A DNA stretch of 52,247 nt, filler included, from Sphacelaria rigidula (lineage: Eukaryota): the NCBI GenBank assembly GCA_964200075.2. It is 3 parts of 3 records of this genome, joined end to end, with 100 filler letters (N's around TTAATTAATTAA, not from the genome) between each part and the next. Parts side by side here need not be neighbours in the genome. Positions count along the whole stretch, not along the records: positions 34,904 to 52,247 come from CAXNAA020001104.1; 2 more parts are not named here. The stretch is one strand, 5' to 3'. Position 1 is the stretch's first letter. Each line of letters begins with the position of its first letter. Positions 36,013 to 48,800 of the stretch are shown here, piece after piece. Below the pieces are notes generated by a model. It made no database searches. It was not told the DNA's origin and saw nothing but the letters and a program-made list of their open reading frames with translations. Both the position numbers and the translations under genes were made by a program.

Positions 36013-38200
36013 CTGACATCCAGTATATCACAAATGAACCGCAGATTCCTATGACGCCCAAGGCCACCCCCACCCACGCCGGCGAAACCCTTGACCAGAG
36101 AGACGAGGTTTTTGTCCACATGTTTTCACCCTTGGCGAGCTCAACCGGGGTCACTAATACAACATTTGGGCCCTGCGGTGCGGGGTCCCGTCCAACACGC
36201 GTAGCTGCCAGGGTTCGTACTTCGTTGGGTGCAGCCGTGGCGAGGGCGTTGGCAGTCGCGACGTCGTCTGTTGTTGCGCAATGACCCTTCTCGTTGGGTT
36301 TCGGTTCCGCCAGTATCGCTTCCAGTGTTGCCTGCGCGGCGAGAACATCCGCTTTGGCTTGCTTCGTCAATACCGGGACAGTGGCGGCAGCCACATCATC
36401 GGCCGACGCACCGTATCCTCCCGCGGTTTGTTCCAAAGTACTCTCCTCACTGCTCACGTCCTCGATCGGGATCACCACACCCACACCCGTCATTCGAGGT
36501 CCCCGAACTTCCTCACGATCCAGGGCCGGCGGTACCCCCACCGCCAGCGAATCTTCATATACGAAATCACTGTTTGAAGACGTGATTGTTGTCGACGATG
36601 CGCCGCCTTCTCCGGCTTCCGCATCTCCCGACGATGATTGCCCAGCCTCGGTGTCGGAAGCACGTTCAAGAAATCCTCGCGACCAAAGCTCAAGGGGGGG
36701 TTCACTGTCATCGTCATCATCAACAACCTTGTCTACCTCAGACAACGTCAGCGGCACTTCATCAGCAGGGCTGACAGCGGTGGTCGTGGAACGTTCGTCA
36801 CCCGCGTCCCAGCTTGCAGACGGTACTTCCGCCGAAGAGTCCGTAGCGCTCGGGTTTTCCGCTTTCAGCTTGCCTGCAGCAACTTCATCGACTTCGCTCG
36901 CCGTATCTTTTCCTCGGGAGACTGCTGTGTTTGCTACTTCCGGAATAATATCGCTATAGTGGTCTCGCATCCCCGGCTGCCCGAATACATCGCCCAGCTG
37001 ACCCTCAGCAGCGGTCGCGGTAGGATCTGAAGTTGCATCTCCCAATGCCTCGGCTGTAGCCGCAAAGGCATCAACGACATGTACTACTTCCTTGGCGAAG
37101 CCTGCAGCGACGGCAGCAGGAAACTTTACCTCATCGCGTTTTTCGCCTCGAGCAGATTCACTTTCTTCTTCAGTATCCGCCGCCGACTGCCCGTATCTCG
37201 CCGAGTCGTATGTCTTTGATCCTTCAGTCAGAGTATAATCTCCACAGGTTACTCCCTCCGGACGTCCTTCGTCCTCCGTCTCTGTTGACTCGCACTGCCC
37301 ATCCACTATGTTGTCTAGCACATTGGTCGAATCTTCAGAAGACGACACACGGAGCTCAATCGCTTCGCGTTGTTGCTGCTCGATTGAGATATCGCTAGAC
37401 GTGCCTGCAGGCCGATCGCTGTCGAAACTGCCGTCTGTGATGTGACATTGCCCGAGCGTCCAGATTCCGTCGCCGGCATTACAAATACCACCCGAGTCCG
37501 AATCGACCGCGGGTCGAGTCGCGGATCTTTCCGAAAATGCCTTGAATCCCTTGTTGGAAGGGAGGATCGTATAGGGATGTTCTTCCTGGTTCCCTTGGAA
37601 AGGGTTGGGGTTCCAAGTAGGCGAGAATACACCACTGCAAGTTGCTGATCGAATGGTTGGTCTACAAAACTCGACCGCCACGGAATCTTCACCTGCCATT
37701 GGCTCCTCGCTCTCGTCTTCACTTCCACACGTATCGTCTTCATGTTCCCGCTTGTTCTCACATACATGCACTCTAAGATGGTCATCAGCCGATCTACTTA
37801 CGCCTTCCCCTTGCACCGGCAAGCAGCCGTGAACTTCAACTTTTGAGTCGCCCTCTCCAACGTTCACCGCCACCGCCGCCGAATCCGTACTACTGCCAGA
37901 GCTGAGCGCGGGAGAGGCAGGCATCACCCCTTGTTGGGCATCAACAGACTTCCCTCCATTGTGTGCGGCGTAACTACCTTCCTGTAACCGAGGAGACGGC
38001 ACTGCTACCACATCGCCCTGGTCGTCAGCGAAAATGGCATCGAGCTGACTCGCTGCCAACACGATCAAGCCCAGGTGCGGACGAGAGACGAGGGATATTG
38101 AAACAGCGACCACCGTGCGCAGCGCTGCCGATCTCGGCCGTCGTCGACTTCGCGTCAATTTTTGTGAATCGCCCTGTAAACCTCTCCTAAAGCCGGTCAT
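36013..38200 (-). CDS. Large first exon of an uncharacterised acidic protein with a predicted TM segment
   Basis: About 730 uninterrupted codons. Hydrophobic stretch near the N terminus, long Asp/Glu/Ser/Ala-rich region, then AWVGVALGVIGICGSFVIYW followed by donor G|gtgagg at 36012. Confidence 0.75.
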
Positions 38201-40569
38201 GTTTGCCGAAGGTATGAAGGGGGGAAGAGGGGGCGGTAATTTTTCAATACTTGTTCACGTGATTGATTGATTGTCGCACCTTATCTAAGTGAAATACGTT
38301 TTTTTGGGAGAGAGATGAAAGACAAAATGCACTTGGAGCTCTATGGCCAAGATGCACGATGAAAGGCGACAGAAAGCGTCTGGCGACTGCTTCTCTGCAG
38401 CAAGTGCGTGCTCCAATTTACCATTAGTCATCCATGTCCGCCGCCGAAACAGCTCCGGCACCCGAAATGGGTTACATTGATTGTTAGGTTGACTGACATC
38501 TTGGCTGCTTGTTGGGATCTTCTTCTCCCACCAACAATGTCCATAAGGAGGTTTTAACTCTGTGCACAACGCGTATACCGACTGTACAGCGACAGAGTAA
38601 AATCTTCAACCAACTGCCCACTGAAGAGAACTGTCTGTCTGGGACGACTTAGGTAGGTGACGGGGGATACCACCCCATTTCGGTTCCCTGGAAAACTGTG
38701 GCAGCTACACCATTGACCAAGGCGCCGGAGGTTGTGCCTTGGACATATGATCAAGATCTTTTGATTCACTGGATTTCTTAGATCTAAGGGGAGTGGATTT
38801 TCGGGAAAATCGAAACGGAAACAGTATATTGCTGCTCACCTGGGTTCAATCGACCGCGTGGCATACGTTACGACGATATGGCATGCAGTGCTCCAAAAGC
38901 TGAGCTAGCATCAAGCCAAGATTTGTTCATTGCTTTCTCACCTTTTGCTTTTCTTCATCCTGCGTATTCCACGTTTTCCGCAGCAATCTCCGCCTGGGAT
39001 TCTTCTCGCTACGGAGTCTCATGCATTTCTGCTCCGAGAGAAGGAAACCAGTACAAAATCGCGTGGGTACCCTACGGCACTGTACTGCCTTCCGTACTGA
39101 CTGTTTATACCGTCTTCTCTCTTGAATCGCCCTAAAATCTATGCAAAAGGTCATTCTCCTTAGGTCGTGTTCCAGTACTGACAACAGTTTAATTAGTTTC
39201 GTGCGACACCTTGCCCAGACGACTTCGTACCAAGCATGCCACCTGATCGCACCCACAAGTACTCGAGGAATAGGAGAGAGGCTTGCGAAGAATTCAACAT
39301 TACGTCGGGACTTGATTTTCACCAAGGGCCTCCTGTGTGCGAGGAAGTCGCTGCATTGGACTCTGAAGACGCACAGGGTGAGTGAGATGCCATGGTGTGC
39401 ACTTTGTGCGTACAGAAAATGGGTGGTGTTCGCGGAAGAGTGTAGGGCCTGGGGCTGTAAGATGTTGCCCGAGAAAGAGATGTATTGTAAAGGTCTGCAA
39501 TGGCGAGATGATGCGCTGACAGTGAGTTGCATACGTTATGTAAGAGCGATCGTCCGAGGGTGCATTTTGCGACGTAGTTGTCGTTGATTTTGACTTGCAG
39601 AGCCCTGTTGCAGCCCCATGGCCAGGGCGCGCTGTCAATGCCGACCTTGCTGTATATCACACGGACATGTTGATTGAGTGACGGGGCGTTATTGAGTCGA
39701 GATATACAACAACACTCGCCTTGTTTTTGCTCGCCGGTAAGTCGGGAGCTTCGACAATATCATGTTGCGTGTCAAACTTAGAGCTGTGATGGACGACTTA
39801 GGCAGTATGCTATAGAAAGTACAGCCACTGTCTGTACTGCTGCTGTTGTACCGCATACGGTTGTAGGAAGCGTCGCCCCGGAATTCCCGAGTCATACTAA
39901 GGAGTGTCATGGCCCACAACATTTCTTGCTCCTCACGGCGGCAACTCAACAATGCACTCACGGTGATACAAGCGGCACATGATTTTGGTTACAATCCTTT
40001 GCGGTCATGTTATTTTCGCAACCGGCGTTCCGTCGTCGTTTCTGTTGTTGTTGGTGTTGTCTTGATATTGAAAACAGTTCCGATATCTGCGTGGTACAGT
40101 GTACATTTGTACATTTGTACTGGGCATCTGATCCGGACGCCTTCCGTGGTCACGGGCTACCTACCTATAATAGGGTGTGAGGAAATCCAATAAAACGACA
40201 ATAAAAATGGACCCAGAAAAAAAACTTGAAACGCGATTCAATCAAAACAAAAATAAACACCGGAGAAAAAGATAATGAACGTGGCTGACCTTCGAAGATC
40301 CGGTGCCGCAGGTGGCCATTCGGACTTCAGGGGGTGGCGCCCGGCTGTCCAACTCGATCCCCGAGGCCAAGTAGAAATGAACATAAGATCCGACTACGGG
40401 CGGAAGTCAAGGCGCAAATACCACGAACCAAAGAACTGAGAATCGCAAGGTTGCATCTTTCGACCTCTCGAAGGATATCCATACCTACAATCATACGAGG
40501 CATCAGACGAGCACTGCGTGACACGAAGACACCCCTTATCAAGGGGGTTCACCCCCTACCCCCCCCCCC

Positions 40570-40720
40570 TCTCTGGACCGTCGTCATTGCTGTGTTGGCT
40601 TCGTTGGTGTCCCGTTCAATCGCACGCAGTCGGCTGGCCTCCTCTTCATTCCTGTGCCATGAGGTCATGAACCTCTCCGCTCCCTGCAGCACTTTCTCCC
40701 GTGCCTATGGTATCACCGTA
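40570..40720 (-). mobile_element. Degenerate non-LTR retrotransposon ORF2 C-terminal fragment
   Basis: Minus strand reads REKVLQGAERFMTSWHRNEEEASRLRA, resembling RTE-type ORF2 ends (pattern recollection, not a search). Confidence 0.4.
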
Positions 40721-40928
40721 TCCCGGGACAACACGACGCATCGCAACTGACGGGGAAAATAATTATCGACATGCCTTGAAAGTATGTATCCTCGAACCCT
40801 TTTGACGGTTGGAACTTGAGTTCGAATGTCGGAGAGGTCACACGAGGAGATGTTTTCCCGCATCGTACCCTATGGTGTAAGGCGACTATGTCGTGGATAT
40901 ATGATATTCGACTTCACAGACGAGCCGG

Positions 40929-41510
40929 TCGCCCGGGTGGCTCAGTTGGTAACCTCGAGACCGTCTGACGGATGAGTCGTGGGTTCGAATCTCGTTCCAG
41001 TCACACGATCTGGGATTTTTTCTCACACAATGCTCAACAGTGGAAAACGACTAAATCGTGGTTACACAAATCTAACTTAACGGTTGACGAGGGGAAGATA
41101 CTGCTGAAACCCTCTCGCGATTAAAAAAAGAAGCACCGCAGAAGAAAGGTGAAGTAGAACAACGAAAGAGAGAAGAAAGAACTCCTGTGTTGGCTTTCCT
41201 CCTGTGTGACTCCGTCTGATGCGCCCACATACACCGAAAGATGTAGGCCGTAGACTGACGTCAAGAATAGATGGGATGGCAACACACACGCACACGCGGG
41301 CGACGAGGGAAATAGACCGCTGATCTTTTCTCGCGACAAAAAGTGAGGCGAGCACCGCGGAGGGAAGGCGGAGTGCTGCAATAATATAAAAAGTAGACAC
41401 TCCTGTGTTGGCCTTCCTCCTGCGTGCCCCCAGCTGATATATCCACGTATACCGAATGGCGTAGACTGTCGTCCAGGATAGATGGGATGGCAACACAACA
41501 CAAAGTTCAC
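40929..41510 (+). mobile_element. tRNA-headed SINE-like repeat followed by a duplicated ~105-bp module
   Basis: A-box TGGCTCAGTTGG (40938-40949) and B-box GGTTCGAATCT (40982-40992), with no complete cloverleaf. Module actcctgtgttggc...atagatgggatggcaacaca occurs at ~41181 and ~41399. Confidence 0.6.
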
Positions 41511-42174
41511 ACCACCTTTCCCCCGCGAGGAACACGGGGGAGGGGGAGATTCAAAAATGCTTCTTCCGCTCCAAGTCAAACCGTGTGACTTCGGAACTGG
41601 CGAATTGGACTAAAATCCTCGGTCTTGGAATGTGCCCAACATATCTCGAGAGCAGAGAGGCAGCCGAAGCGCCTTGTTGCCCTGGAGGCAGGTTTACTGC
41701 TGTTCAGCTTGTGTTTTACGGAAGTTCCTCGCATTGTACAGCACTGTGTAAAGTCATGTTCTTCTGTAAAACATTTCATCTTCCGGACATTCCAGTCCGC
41801 ATCCCGACGATATTTTCAGACAGCATTTTTCAGATGTTAAGTTTCCACCATGAGCGAGGTGCTGTACATATTCCAGTTCCTGGCCACAGCAAGGGGCATG
41901 CTCGGCAAGGTTACTCCGACTACCACGGAAAGCGTAAATTTTGCCGAAACCTCTGGGGGTGGCGTGCCTGTCATTGAGGGCACCCATTCCCCCGTTTTGA
42001 CCTCACCTTTATATTTTTTTTCTGCCATATATATGTCTTCTTTTCTCAGGCTACTCTGTTCCTGTTTCTTCTTGCCTTGTCTTTGATGAGTGTTCCAGTT
42101 TCTTGTCTCGGATACGTCTATCATGTGGATGATGACCACGGCTGGATCATGACTCCCGGTGGGGGGGCGTACCC

Positions 42175-43635
42175 GTTTGTTGCTTGCCTTGGTCGTTTGG
42201 CCATTGACCGGGCATCCCTTTCGAGACGGAGCACCCTTCCTACTCCGAAAAAGTCACCTCCAATATTTGGGTGCTCATCACATTTTTCCCATCTATTACA
42301 TAAAAAACCTTCTGCATATCGTATCCCCGTCCTGTTTCGCCGTCTGTGGCCACCATCTATCTCCTGGTTTAATCTATCTCTCGACAACTGGTATATCTCC
42401 GTCTTCTTTCTGGCAGGTCCAGGTCCCCCACCCAGAAAGTGATGTCATTTTTTTCGCCGTGTCTATTGGGCCATGTAGATACATTTTCATCCCCATCCCC
42501 TCTCGCAACCCCCCTTATATCTCCATATCTTCATCCGTTGACTTTGCGTCTAGGCGCTCCTTTTCCCCCTGTTTATGTCATGTCTAGTATTATTGTCTTG
42601 TGCCGCGCACCTTCACCTATGGACAGTAATTCGTCTTGGTCTCCTCCTATCTCCTTCCATACTTCGTCGATCTATTCCAGCCCACCCTCTCGTAATTTGC
42701 TATTTTCTCCCGTACAGCCTTATCAAAATATGGCTGGCTTTCTTTCTCTGCATACTTCAACCCTTTTGGGACCGGACTCCCGGGAAAATGATGTTTGCAC
42801 GCAGGCGGGGGGAAAGGGGGTGTTGTCACTCGGTATCATCATCAGTCGGTTTCAAGTGAAAATGATTCCGACTTATTCAAAGGCCCTTGCGTGCAAACAC
42901 CAGGTTTCTGGGAGTGCGGTCCCAAAAGGGTTGAGCTATATTGCCGTCGCACATATATCTTTTGTCCTCGTTAGTTTCAAGTGAGTACATTCTCAACTCT
43001 GCCCTCAAAACTTTATTACTCGTCGTTTTCGAGCATCCTAGTATTTTCTTAGCTTCTGCTATCTGCACTGTTGCCAACTTCTTCATCTCCCTCCCCTCCC
43101 ACTCCCATACTTCTCCTGCACATTCCAGCTTTGGTACGATCACGGTCATCAGGATACATCTCTCAGTCCTACCTAGTGTCTGGGTATGGGTCTCCGAGGA
43201 TCACGTCCAACTTGCCCATCTGTGCCTTACCCTTTTCTATTACTTAATTCATGTGTGCATCCCAAGAACAGTTGATGATATCTCTATGCCAAAGTGTGTA
43301 TACTGGTCGATGACTGGCAGTTCCTCTTCTCCCCACTTCCATTTGGACCCTACCGGGTTTTTCTTATCCTCGTTACAGACGAGTACCGGGCATTTGTTAA
43401 CTTTCGTTGTCACTCTCCATCTCCTAGTGTCTTTTAGCGCCTTGTCTATCTGTGTCTGTAGTCCTTCTGTTTTTTTCGAAACCCTCACAAAATCATCCGC
43501 GAACATGAAACGTGGTACTATCTTTTCCCACCTTGACTTCCTTGCTTTGCTGCTTCTATTGCTATTATCAGGTCATCAATAAACACTTGAAAAGAGTGGG
43601 TGATAACGTACATCTTTGTGCAACTCCTTGTGAAA
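42175..43635 (-). mobile_element. 5'-truncated, frameshifted LINE (reverse transcriptase remnant)
   Basis: Minus-strand RT motifs QGVAQRCTLSPTLF, MFADDFV, YTHFGI and VPKLECAGEVW...VQ...KKILGC...VLRAEL, broken by frameshifts. Confidence 0.85.
42757..42934. mobile_element. piggyBac-like MITE nested in the LINE
   Basis: TIRs tcaacccttttgggaccggactccc and gggagtgcggtcccaaaagggttga; the same TIR start occurs at ~18802. Confidence 0.8.
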
Positions 43636-43637
43636 TA

Positions 43638-43760
43638 TTACACCCTGGACAGTTTATGGCCAACAGATGCAACATCAGAGAAGTGTACTGCATGCAAGCT
43701 ATCGCAACTATTGCCGGTCGACAATAGTCGCAATGGGCCTACACTTCATGCTGTACGTTT
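43638..43760 (+). repeat. Dispersed repeat family copy
   Basis: acaccctggaca...gaagtgtactgc...gtcgacaatag also at ~50660-50785, and more diverged at ~10980-11075. Confidence 0.6.
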
Positions 43761-44284
43761 CTTGTCGATGAAATATCGATATTTCCTCGTCCAGCATCAT
43801 GACACTTTCAGCTCATTCTATCATCTTCACCATTCTTCACATATTTCCTCTGATGTTGGTTTTCCATAATCTTTTCCGCGGTGGATCTCTAGAGGGTCAG
43901 TTAAAGTGCGAGAATCAAGCTATCAGTCATAAATCTCGAGACACCGACAGATGAGCACCTCAAAATCAACATGGGTGCTGCACGTAACTACATATTAGCT
44001 ACAGCAGTGAATACTTAGACTGGTGTGTTTAGTCGATTGCTTTTGTCACATTTAGTCGAACCTTTCGCGGCGACGACTTGCTTGCAGCCGAGAAGGCTGT
44101 TTGGCGGTGGCCATTTACTGCCACTTACCCCTAATAGGAATCACATTTACCCTCAATGAGTAACATTTCCGGCCCGACGGTCATTATGTGACACAACAGC
44201 TTTTTTTTTTTTCTCGTAGTCCATCCTGTTGTTGTGATTTACCTTCTCTGTTTCTCATTTTTTCTTGAGCGAGTTTTCAGATTC

Positions 44285-44378
44285 GTCTCGTCTCGGGTAC
44301 GCTTATCATGTAGGCAATGTGCACGGCTGGATCATGACTCTTGTGGGGTCAGTTGAAAGCAACAGTCAATCAATCAAA
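44285..44378 (+). mobile_element. Retroposon 3' end with (CAAT)n tail
   Basis: gtctcgg...tatcatgt...cacggctggatcatgac...agttgaa...tcaatcaatcaaa; homologous to 42105-42160 and 47290-47378. Confidence 0.7.
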
Positions 44379-45678
44379 TATGCGGGTCACGAAACAGTCT
44401 ACTGTAGTGCTGTACTGCTGTTGCATCACACTACTCCCGTAGTACACATGAAAGTGATGGTGGCATGACTGACAATCCTGCACAGGATATTTTTCGACCA
44501 AAAAAAAACTCGCCATCTTCTTTCATAGATCACCTCAACCGTGAGGATCTACAGCAGCGACGACGTTTGTCGAGATCGATTCTTGCGTGGTTCACGGAAA
44601 GCGCCGTGACGTCTGTGGTCACAGTACCTATCGCCACTGCCACGTGGCGGACAAACATGCCCGTATGACCTGGGTCGGAGGTCAATGTACACTTCTCGTC
44701 GATGGCCGTGCTGAAGGTTCATCAGGAAATGCGCGCTTGTTTGGCTTCGACAACGTAAAAATACGGCGACAAAATTTTTTCGAGTCTGCCACGGGCAGTC
44801 ACTGGCAGCCGTTGCGTGAGTGCATGTCCGTCACACCACCTCACGTACTGCGCACTCTGCCACCACCAGCTACCCGGGGTGCAGGGTGTACTGGACAAGA
44901 GGATTGCTGTGGCAGCTACTCTCTGCGTTCTTGCCAGCTCTTTCTGTCGGTGATGGACGTGTTGCAACTGTTGCGTGAAAACGATCAAAGTCATGTAGCC
45001 TCGTGCTTTGTCCTGTTGTTTGGATTCACCGGCCGCCTGAAGGCCCCAGGAGAGATCAGTAGCAAGCACTACTTCCCCATACTAAGATCGAGAAGATTCA
45101 CCCCCAAACACCTGCTTGGCTGATTCCAAATGTGTTGCTCTTAACTTTGTGTACACACGCAGTTTTACAGCGATTGCTTTACTTGGTCAGACGCTTTTTC
45201 TTCCTCGACTGTTCATCCATTGGCGTTGCTGTTAAATCGTTTCGCATGTCCGTCGGTGGGCAATTCGCTGACAGGATTGATTCAAGTCCATCTTGTAATG
45301 GTGACAGTGATACACTGCCTGTATATCCTACAGACGGGTGTTCACCCTGTGTTTGCTGTAGGGTCAACTGATGCACGAGGAACCCGGCCTGGTGAACATA
45401 CCCGACGTGAACGAAAAGTGCGACGTCAGTTTGATCTTCCGTGCTCCGGGCTCAAGAATGTACTCGCAACGCATGAACTTAATTTCGAGAATATTCTCTG
45501 CATTTTCGGAGAGATGTCAGCGCGCCGCGAAGAAGTAATAATTTTTGCGCACCCATTTGACCGTGATTCCATGGAGCGACACCCCACCCTCTTGCTGTTA
45601 TTGCAACTCCAGGATTTGATTCGTGTCTCCCTGGGGTAGCCCTGGGCACCACGCGCACGAGCAACCAGACCTCTGAAG

Positions 45679-45810
45679 ATGGCGTTCGGGGGAGGCTCCG
45701 GATCAATGCTAGTGCTGAACGATCCCGCATCGCAGGTATCAAGCGACAGCACAGCCGCACCGGTGGCTAGCTTGTCGGCCTTTGCGAGTACCAACGATGT
45801 GGTCGTCAAG
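45679..45810 (+). CDS. EIF3F: eIF3f exon 1
   Basis: [19 protein letters not shown]...TNDVVVK|gtatgt; phase 0. Confidence 0.75.
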
Positions 45811-48800
45811 GTATGTTCATGGCTTGCTGCTATCGACGCAAGCATGTTTTTCATTTCGTGAGGAATGAAGATCTTCATCTCTAGTTTGCTCGTAACTTGT
45901 ATTCCCTCATGACCGCGGTTGTGCATGCCTTGGGGGGGATGCCTCTGAGTCACTTGTGGCCTCTCATTACATCTCAGCACCCGTGCGTGATCTGTACAGA
46001 CGTATGATTTCGGGTACCAAAGATTATGATCCAATGACAACCGTGTAGATTTTTGGGCGGTTTTGCCCGCCCATGTTGACGGGATAATGCATTCTTAACA
46101 AAATGCTGTGATAATATTCCCCTCGGACTCGTCATCTCTCGCTGAGTACCACTGCTGTAGTGGTGGGAGGAGACTGGACATCCCCTAGGTTGAATACCAA
46201 CCTCTGTTTCCTGCTCTTGTTGGACATGTCATCTATCCATTTTCGTACGAAGCAAGCCGAGGTGGTCATCGTGTGACGTTTTTTTACCATCATGGCGATT
46301 CGTTGATACTTGCGTCACCAATTCAATTCAATGCGGGGAATATTGCGACATACCCTAGGTTGAATACCAACCTCTGTTTCCTGCTCTTGTTCGACATGTT
46401 ATCTATCCATTTTCGTACGAAGCAAGCCGAGGTGGTCATCGTGTGACGTTTTTTTACTATCATGGCGATTTGTTGATACTTGCGTCACCACTCTGTTGCC
46501 TGCTGTACTAGCCCACATCATATGGAGCTCGAAGTTGTTCGATTGTTGAGACAAACATTTGGCACAGCTTTAGGTCCCCAACACGAGAGATGTCGTCCCC
46601 ATGTGTAATGCGCACTACAGAAGTGAGCGGTCTAACTCTTCATTCTGTGATATTTTGTGATTTTTCGTAATTATTGATTTTCTTGGGCTCTTTACGCTTG
46701 CCACCGTTCATCACAATGGGGATCTGAAGATATTTGTATCCGATCCACATTCCAAGAAAAAATCATCTGTACTCGAAATTGACGGACTTACGGGCTGACC
46801 GGTCATCGGGGGTCCTGCCACGGTTCAGCCCAGATTTTTACTCCTCGGGGTTTTCCGTCGATTGAGCCTTTCCCGATCATATTTGCTGAGAAATGTACAG
46901 TTTTATTTTTTTCTATTTCTTCGTACTCATTGCACTGGAGCCGACACCCTGTGTTTCACGGTCAATGATACCCTCCTGATGAGTGGGATATTTACTCGTA
47001 TTGCCCGATAACCCCAACTAACACCGACTTGAGCACTGTGTTTGGAGGATACTCTGTTCATTGTACCAAAACCTACCGACGCTAGTAATTTGGAGTCCTA
47101 CCGAAGAGTAATACGCGTCACCTCACTGAGAACCTAGACGAATGTTGCCGTCCGCCCGACCCTGTCGTTGCGAGAATGGCTATACGTGACACCCAACTAA
47201 GGAAGAAATTTGAAAACACCACATTTTCCTATTTCTAGTATAATTAATCTACTCAGTCGTTCTGTTTTACCTTTTCTGTTTCTTTTTTTTCGTCTCGGGT
47301 GTGTCTATCATGTGGATGATGACTACGGCTGAATCATGACATCTCGCGGGATTAGTTGAAGTGAATCAATCAATCAAAATATCTTGAAAGTTCTTCATCG
47401 GAACTTGAATGCAAGACCAGTCGGACGAGCTGAAGTAAGTAAGCTTGGCTCCTCGCGAGTAAGGTGACATCTGTCCACAATATTTGTCCACAATATTTCT
47501 TGATAAAATCGCCTGTTGTGGAGTCGGAAGCTGTGTCAAACGCTCCAAAACTAATACGAACACCACCGCAATTTTCCAGGAAATAGTACTTTTCAAGCGT
47601 GACCTTGTGAGGTACTATTTCCCACAATTCAGGAGGCCATCCGAAACATTTCGTTCTCCCTAGACACAATTCGTTCCCGTCTTTTCTCATGAAAGACATC
47701 AGCTATCTCGCTTTTTTTTCTTCTCTCGTCAGATGCAGATTGTGATCTTGAAAAAACAGAAAACTCTCTTTCACGCCGTGTGTTGTGGTGTGTTGCAGTC
47801 GCCTCTTGTCCTGAAGTTTTCAGAGGTGTCTCTGTTTGATCTTTTGAACTCCTGGCGCATTGTCTTAACCCGTTCAGGTGCATCCGATGATTCTGTTCTC
47901 CGTGTTGGATCACTACCTGCGAAGACCAGAAAACCAGAAGAGGGTGATCGGGACTCTATTGGGTACGGTGTCGGCGAACGTGGTAGAAGTGACGAATTCC
48001 TTCGCCGTACCTCATCTAGAGAAAAACGACGAGGTAAGACGCGGAGAAGTGATGACTGGCATTTCTTCCCTCTGTCGTGGTCGAAGGACTTAGTTCGTAG
48101 CTTTTTTTGTTGACACGGGGATGTGTCCTTTTAGTCAATCGCTGCTAGCGCCTTAACCATGTTTGTGTGCGTTTGTGTGATTTCCCCCGAGATGAATGCC
48201 TCGTACACGCCTGAGTTTTGTCATTCTTCAGCCTTGTACACACCTTTGTATCGTCATGATTGGGTGAAGCATAGATGGTACCCCTGCATCTTTGTTCCAG
48301 TCCCCGGTCAATAATGGTCTCCGTGACGTGTTCTGTTCCGTATGGAGACTTCCTGCTGTAGCATGCGGAGCACGATTTTGCGTCCGCAGAAACGTACAAG
48401 GTATCCTCGATTCCATGATAACTGCTGTTTTTTCACCAACGGTTGGATCTTGACCCTCCTCGACGTACGAACCTCCCATTGGACACGCATGCGGCAGGTG
48501 GCCGTGGGGAAAGACTTCAACAAGTCCATGCTCGCGTTACAGCAAAAGGTCAACAGTCGAGAGTCCATCGTTGGCTGGTGAGGGTCATCGCAATGGATCC
48601 CAACCGTCCTGGATCGTAACTGATGAGGACGATGTTTGTTTTTCTGGAGTCAAGTATGGAGTGGCGAGCATTCTGCCGGTTCTTGTTTCTATCCCGTGAA
48701 GTCAATGGTGCCGCGATAGCGCCCCCCTCGCCCTCGTCCCCCCGAACCAGCTCCAAAATTGTTACGAAGAAAATGGCTACACTGCGCGTGATGACTGGTT

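Noticed and set aside
38640..38750. PW...KWGGIPR resembling a Crinkler-type NTPase motif on the minus strand
   Set aside because: Short, interrupted by a stop and wrongly spaced; likely chance.
40929..41003. Functional tRNA gene
   Set aside because: A and B boxes are present, but the acceptor stem does not pair convincingly; more like a SINE head.
42941..43582. 213-aa plus ORF
   Set aside because: Antisense to the LINE RT remnant.
45426..46040. 204-aa minus ORF
   Set aside because: Overlaps eIF3f exon 1 and its promoter in antisense; no domain signal.
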